Below are positions 61,416 through 64,000 of a stretch of DNA of 64,000 nucleotides, in pieces. Within the stretch, counting starts at the first letter, position 1; each line of letters starts with the position of its first letter. The stretch is from Bacteroidales bacterium (GTDB lineage: Bacteria > Bacteroidota > Bacteroidia > Bacteroidales > WCHB1-69), in assembly GCA_017395245.1 (NCBI GenBank), contig JAFPVR010000107.1, positions 9,575 through 73,574 on the forward strand, given 5' to 3'. Under the pieces are notes generated by a model. That model was not told the origin of the DNA. It did not search any database and saw only the letters and a list, made by a program, of their open reading frames with translations. The translations under genes and the position numbers were made by a program.

Positions 61416-63992
61416 TTAATTACCGCATTTCGCGTAGCCGCAGTTCGAGCACGTCAGGCAGCCTTCCTTGAACTCCATCGTGTCTTTCTGTTGGCAGTTG
61501 GGGCAGACAACACCTTTCTGTTTGGTGCCGTCTTGGATGAATTTCTTGAGGGCGCGGCAGACACCGTTGCGCCAAGAATTGATGCTCTCCTGGCGGAAGT
61601 TGAGACCGGAGATGATGTTCACGATGTGGTTCACGGGGATACCGTTGCGCAGCAGCGCGGAGGTCATCTTGGCGTAGTTCCAGAACTCCTGGTCGAAGCA
61701 GCGGTCGAGGCCGCGCAAGATCACTTCGTAACCGGCCTTGTCGTTATAGACAAAGTCGTAGGATTTGGTGCCGTCTTCGTGGCGGTTTTTCACGATAATG
61801 CCGTGATCGACCCACTTGGGCAGCAGGAAACTCTCGTCGCCCGTCTTGCCGGTGAAGATTTCGTAAGGTTTGCCCTCGTAGAGACCGATGTAAGCCACCC
61901 AATCCTCGTTGTTGTTCTTAAAGTGGATGACGTCGGCGCGCAGCTCGCGCGGACGCTTGAAGTTCTTCGTTTTTTCCTTGTTTTCCTCTTCCTTCTTGGA
62001 TTGGTCGAGGGAGTTGAGCACGCCGTCGCGGGAACCCTCGCGATAGACGGTCAGACCCTTGCAGCCCACCTCCCAGGCTTTCATGTAGAGATTTCCGACC
62101 ACCTCCTCGGTGATGTCGGCCGGCAGGTTGACCGTGACGGAGATGGAGTGGTCCACCCACTTTTGCACGGAGCCCTGCAGTTCGACTTTCTTGATGTAGT
62201 CGGTGTCGGCAGCGGTGGCTTTGTAGTAGGGCGACTGTTCCACAAGTGCGAAAATCTCCTTTTCGCTCATGTTTTTCATCTGTTCGAGGGTGTAGCCTTT
62301 GGTTTCGGCCCAAACCACGAATTTGTGATGGAACACCATGTATTCCTCGAACATGTCGCCGACCGTGTCCTTAACCACAGTTTTCGATACAGAAATGTCG
62401 TTGGGGTTGATTTTGCGGCGGCGCTTGTAGACCACGTTGAAGGCGGGTTCGATACCGGAAGTAGTTTGTGTACAAATACTTACGCTGCCGGTGGGGGCGA
62501 TGGTGAGCAGGGCGATGTTGCGGCGGCCGTAACGGATCATGTCGTCGTAAAGCTTCGGGTCAGCGTCGCGGAGACGCTGGATGAAGGGGTTGTGGCCCTC
62601 CTTGATGCAGCTGTAGATGGGGAACGCGCCGCGCTCCTTGGCCATGGTGACGGAGGAGCGGTAGGCTGCGAGGGCCAGCTGTTTGTGCACTTCCGTGGAG
62701 AAGGCGTTGGCCTCGTCGGTGCCGTAGGTGAGGCCGAGGGCGGCGAGCATGTCGCCTTCGGCGGTGATACCTAAACCGGTGCGGCGGCCTTTCAGCGACT
62801 GCTTGCGGATTTTGAGCCAGAGCTCTTTCTCCACGCGCTTCACGGACTCGCTTTCGGGGTCGCTCTCAATCTTGGCCAGGATAGCGTCGATTTTCTCCAA
62901 CTCCAAGTCGATAATGTCGTCCATCAGTCGTTGCGCGTACTGCACATGCTGGCGGAAACGCGGCATGTTGAAGACGGCGTTTTCGGTGAACGGGTTGTCG
63001 ACGTAGCTGTAGAGGTTCATGGAGATGAGGCGGCAGCTGTCGTAGGGACAGAGCGGGATTTCGCCGCAGGGGTTTGTGGAGATGGTTTCGAAACCTTCGT
63101 CCGCGTAGCAGTCGGGAATGGACTCGCGGCGGATGTTGTCCCAGAAGAGGACACCGGGTTCGGCGGACTTCCAGGCGTTGTGAATAATCTTGTCCCACAG
63201 CTTCTTGGCATCAGTCTCACGTTTCACTTTGGGGTTGTCGCCGCTGATGGGATACTGTTGGGTGTAGGGGGTATGGTTTTGGACGCTTTGCATGAATTCG
63301 TCATCGACGCGGACGGAGACGTTGGCGCCGGTGACTTTGCCTTGGGTCATTTTTGCATCTATAAATTGCTCTGCATCAGGGTGTTTGATAGAGATGGAGA
63401 GCATGAGGGCACCGCGGCGACCATCCTGTGCCACCTCGCGGGTGGAGTTGGAGAAGCGTTCCATGAAGGGCACGATACCGGTGGAGGTTTGGGCGCAGTT
63501 CTGTACGTGGCTGCCGGAGGGACGGATGTCGGACATGTCGTGGCCGACGCCGCCGCGCCGTTTCATCAGCTGCACCTGCTCCTCATCCATCTTCATGATG
63601 CCGCCGTAGGAGTCAGCGTTGCCGCTGTTGCCGATAACGAAGCAGTTGGAGAGGGAGACCACCTGGTACTTGTTGCCGATGCCGGCCATAGGGCTGCCCT
63701 GCGGAATCACGTACTTGAAATGGTCGAAAAGGTCGAAGATCTGTTCCTCGCTCATCGGGTTGGCATAACGGCGCTCAATGCGGGCGAATTCGCGGGCCAT
63801 GCGGCGATGCATGTCCGCCGGGGTACGCTCCACCAACTCGCCGTTGGCGTTCTTCAGCGCGTATTTGTCAATCCAAACGCCGGCCGCCAGTTCGTCGCCA
63901 CCGAAATACGCCGCCACGTCGGGGAAAATCTCCTCCTTGGTGTAGGTGACGGGTTCTGGCACGGGCTCGTCAAGCTCCGCGTCCGGCATCAC
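61416..63992 (-). CDS. nrdJ: Adenosylcobalamin-dependent (class II) ribonucleoside-diphosphate reductase
   Basis: ...STNPCGEIPLCPYDSCRLISMNL..., C-terminal Zn-ribbon CPNCQQKDTMEFKEGCLTCSNCGYAKCG. The start lies within 8 nt of the window edge, so the 5' end is not fully certain. Confidence 0.85.
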   Translation of the reverse strand: MMPDAELDEPVPEPVTYTKEEIFPDVAAYFGGDELAAGVWIDKYALKNANGELVERTPADMHRRMAREFARIERRYANPMSEEQIFDLFDHFKYVIPQGSPMAGIGNKYQVVSLSNCFVIGNSGNADSYGGIMKMDEEQVQLMKRRGGVGHDMSDIRPSGSHVQNCAQTSTGIVPFMERFSNSTREVAQDGRRGALMLSISIKHPDAEQFIDAKMTQGKVTGANVSVRVDDEFMQSVQNHTPYTQQYPISGDNPKVKRETDAKKLWDKIIHNAWKSAEPGVLFWDNIRRESIPDCYADEGFETISTNPCGEIPLCPYDSCRLISMNLYSYVDNPFTENAVFNMPRFRQHVQYAQRLMDDIIDLELEKIDAILAKIESDPESESVKRVEKELWLKIRKQSLKGRRTGLGITAEGDMLAALGLTYGTDEANAFSTEVHKQLALAAYRSSVTMAKERGAFPIYSCIKEGHNPFIQRLRDADPKLYDDMIRYGRRNIALLTIAPTGSVSICTQTTSGIEPAFNVVYKRRRKINPNDISVSKTVVKDTVGDMFEEYMVFHHKFVVWAETKGYTLEQMKNMSEKEIFALVEQSPYYKATAADTDYIKKVELQGSVQKWVDHSISVTVNLPADITEEVVGNLYMKAWEVGCKGLTVYREGSRDGVLNSLDQSKKEEENKEKTKNFKRPRELRADVIHFKNNNEDWVAYIGLYEGKPYEIFTGKTGDESFLLPKWVDHGIIVKNRHEDGTKSYDFVYNDKAGYEVILRGLDRCFDQEFWNYAKMTSALLRNGIPVNHIVNIISGLNFRQESINSWRNGVCRALKKFIQDGTKQKGVVCPNCQQKDTMEFKEGCLTCSNCGYAKCGN

Positions 63993-64000
63993 GGCCGATG

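Noticed and set aside
1-64000. Defence islands, prophage, ICE, integrases, toxin-antitoxin pairs, CRISPR-Cas, rRNA
   Set aside because: I read all ORFs of 60 aa or more on both strands. None shows nuclease/helicase/methyltransferase, integrase, phage structural or TA-like features. The only mobile-element protein is the RAYT.

Overview
This is a 64-kb chromosomal segment that looks like a Bacteroidota (Bacteroidales-like) genome. Supporting signals are TAnnTTTG -7 promoter boxes 20-60 nt upstream of many starts, no Shine-Dalgarno sequences, T9SS sorting domains and an ExbB-x-ExbD-ExbD cluster. Most of the coding content is housekeeping: serA/serC, tRNA-Ser(GGA), exbB/exbD, yicC, der, miaB, rlmN, a long minus-strand array (porW-like, bactofilin, atpZ-like, purC, 5-FCL, polyprenyl synthase, mrdA, rodA, and an AmgK-like kinase fused to a RapZ C-terminal domain), ribE, an MFS transporter, atpH-A-G, pyrE, ispD, yitT, macA/macB/tolC-type efflux, cdaA, ptb, ahcY, gpsA, ackA, a lutA-like gene and class II nrdJ. 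The accessory-looking content is limited to three things: (i) a RAYT-type HUH transposase embedded in arrays of its REP hairpins (a REPtron); (ii) a 4075-aa surface protein with a T9SS type-B C-terminal domain, built from about 35-40 Cys-containing ~52-aa repeats, Ig/SprB-like repeats and three P-domain-like modules; (iii) a small AT-rich islet with one DUF-like gene. I found no CRISPR, rRNA, prophage, integrase or recognisable defence island. The most unusual signal is non-coding. The intergenic spacers are a mosaic of four repeat classes: heptanucleotide-phased degenerate tandem arrays (at least 14 arrays); a GTAGAGACGC...GCGTCTCTAC palindrome family (5-6 copies); a composite GNA-triloop double-hairpin element placed 17-40 nt upstream of five start codons, with stem covariation; and the RAYT-associated REPs. 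Two unrelated genes (rlmN, ispD) share one double-hairpin subfamily plus an identical first seven codons (MNDIRNI). Many long ORFs in the supplied track are antisense shadows or 5'-extensions through repeats, and I have trimmed or rejected them. All calls come from reading the sequence and recalling protein families. No searches were run.
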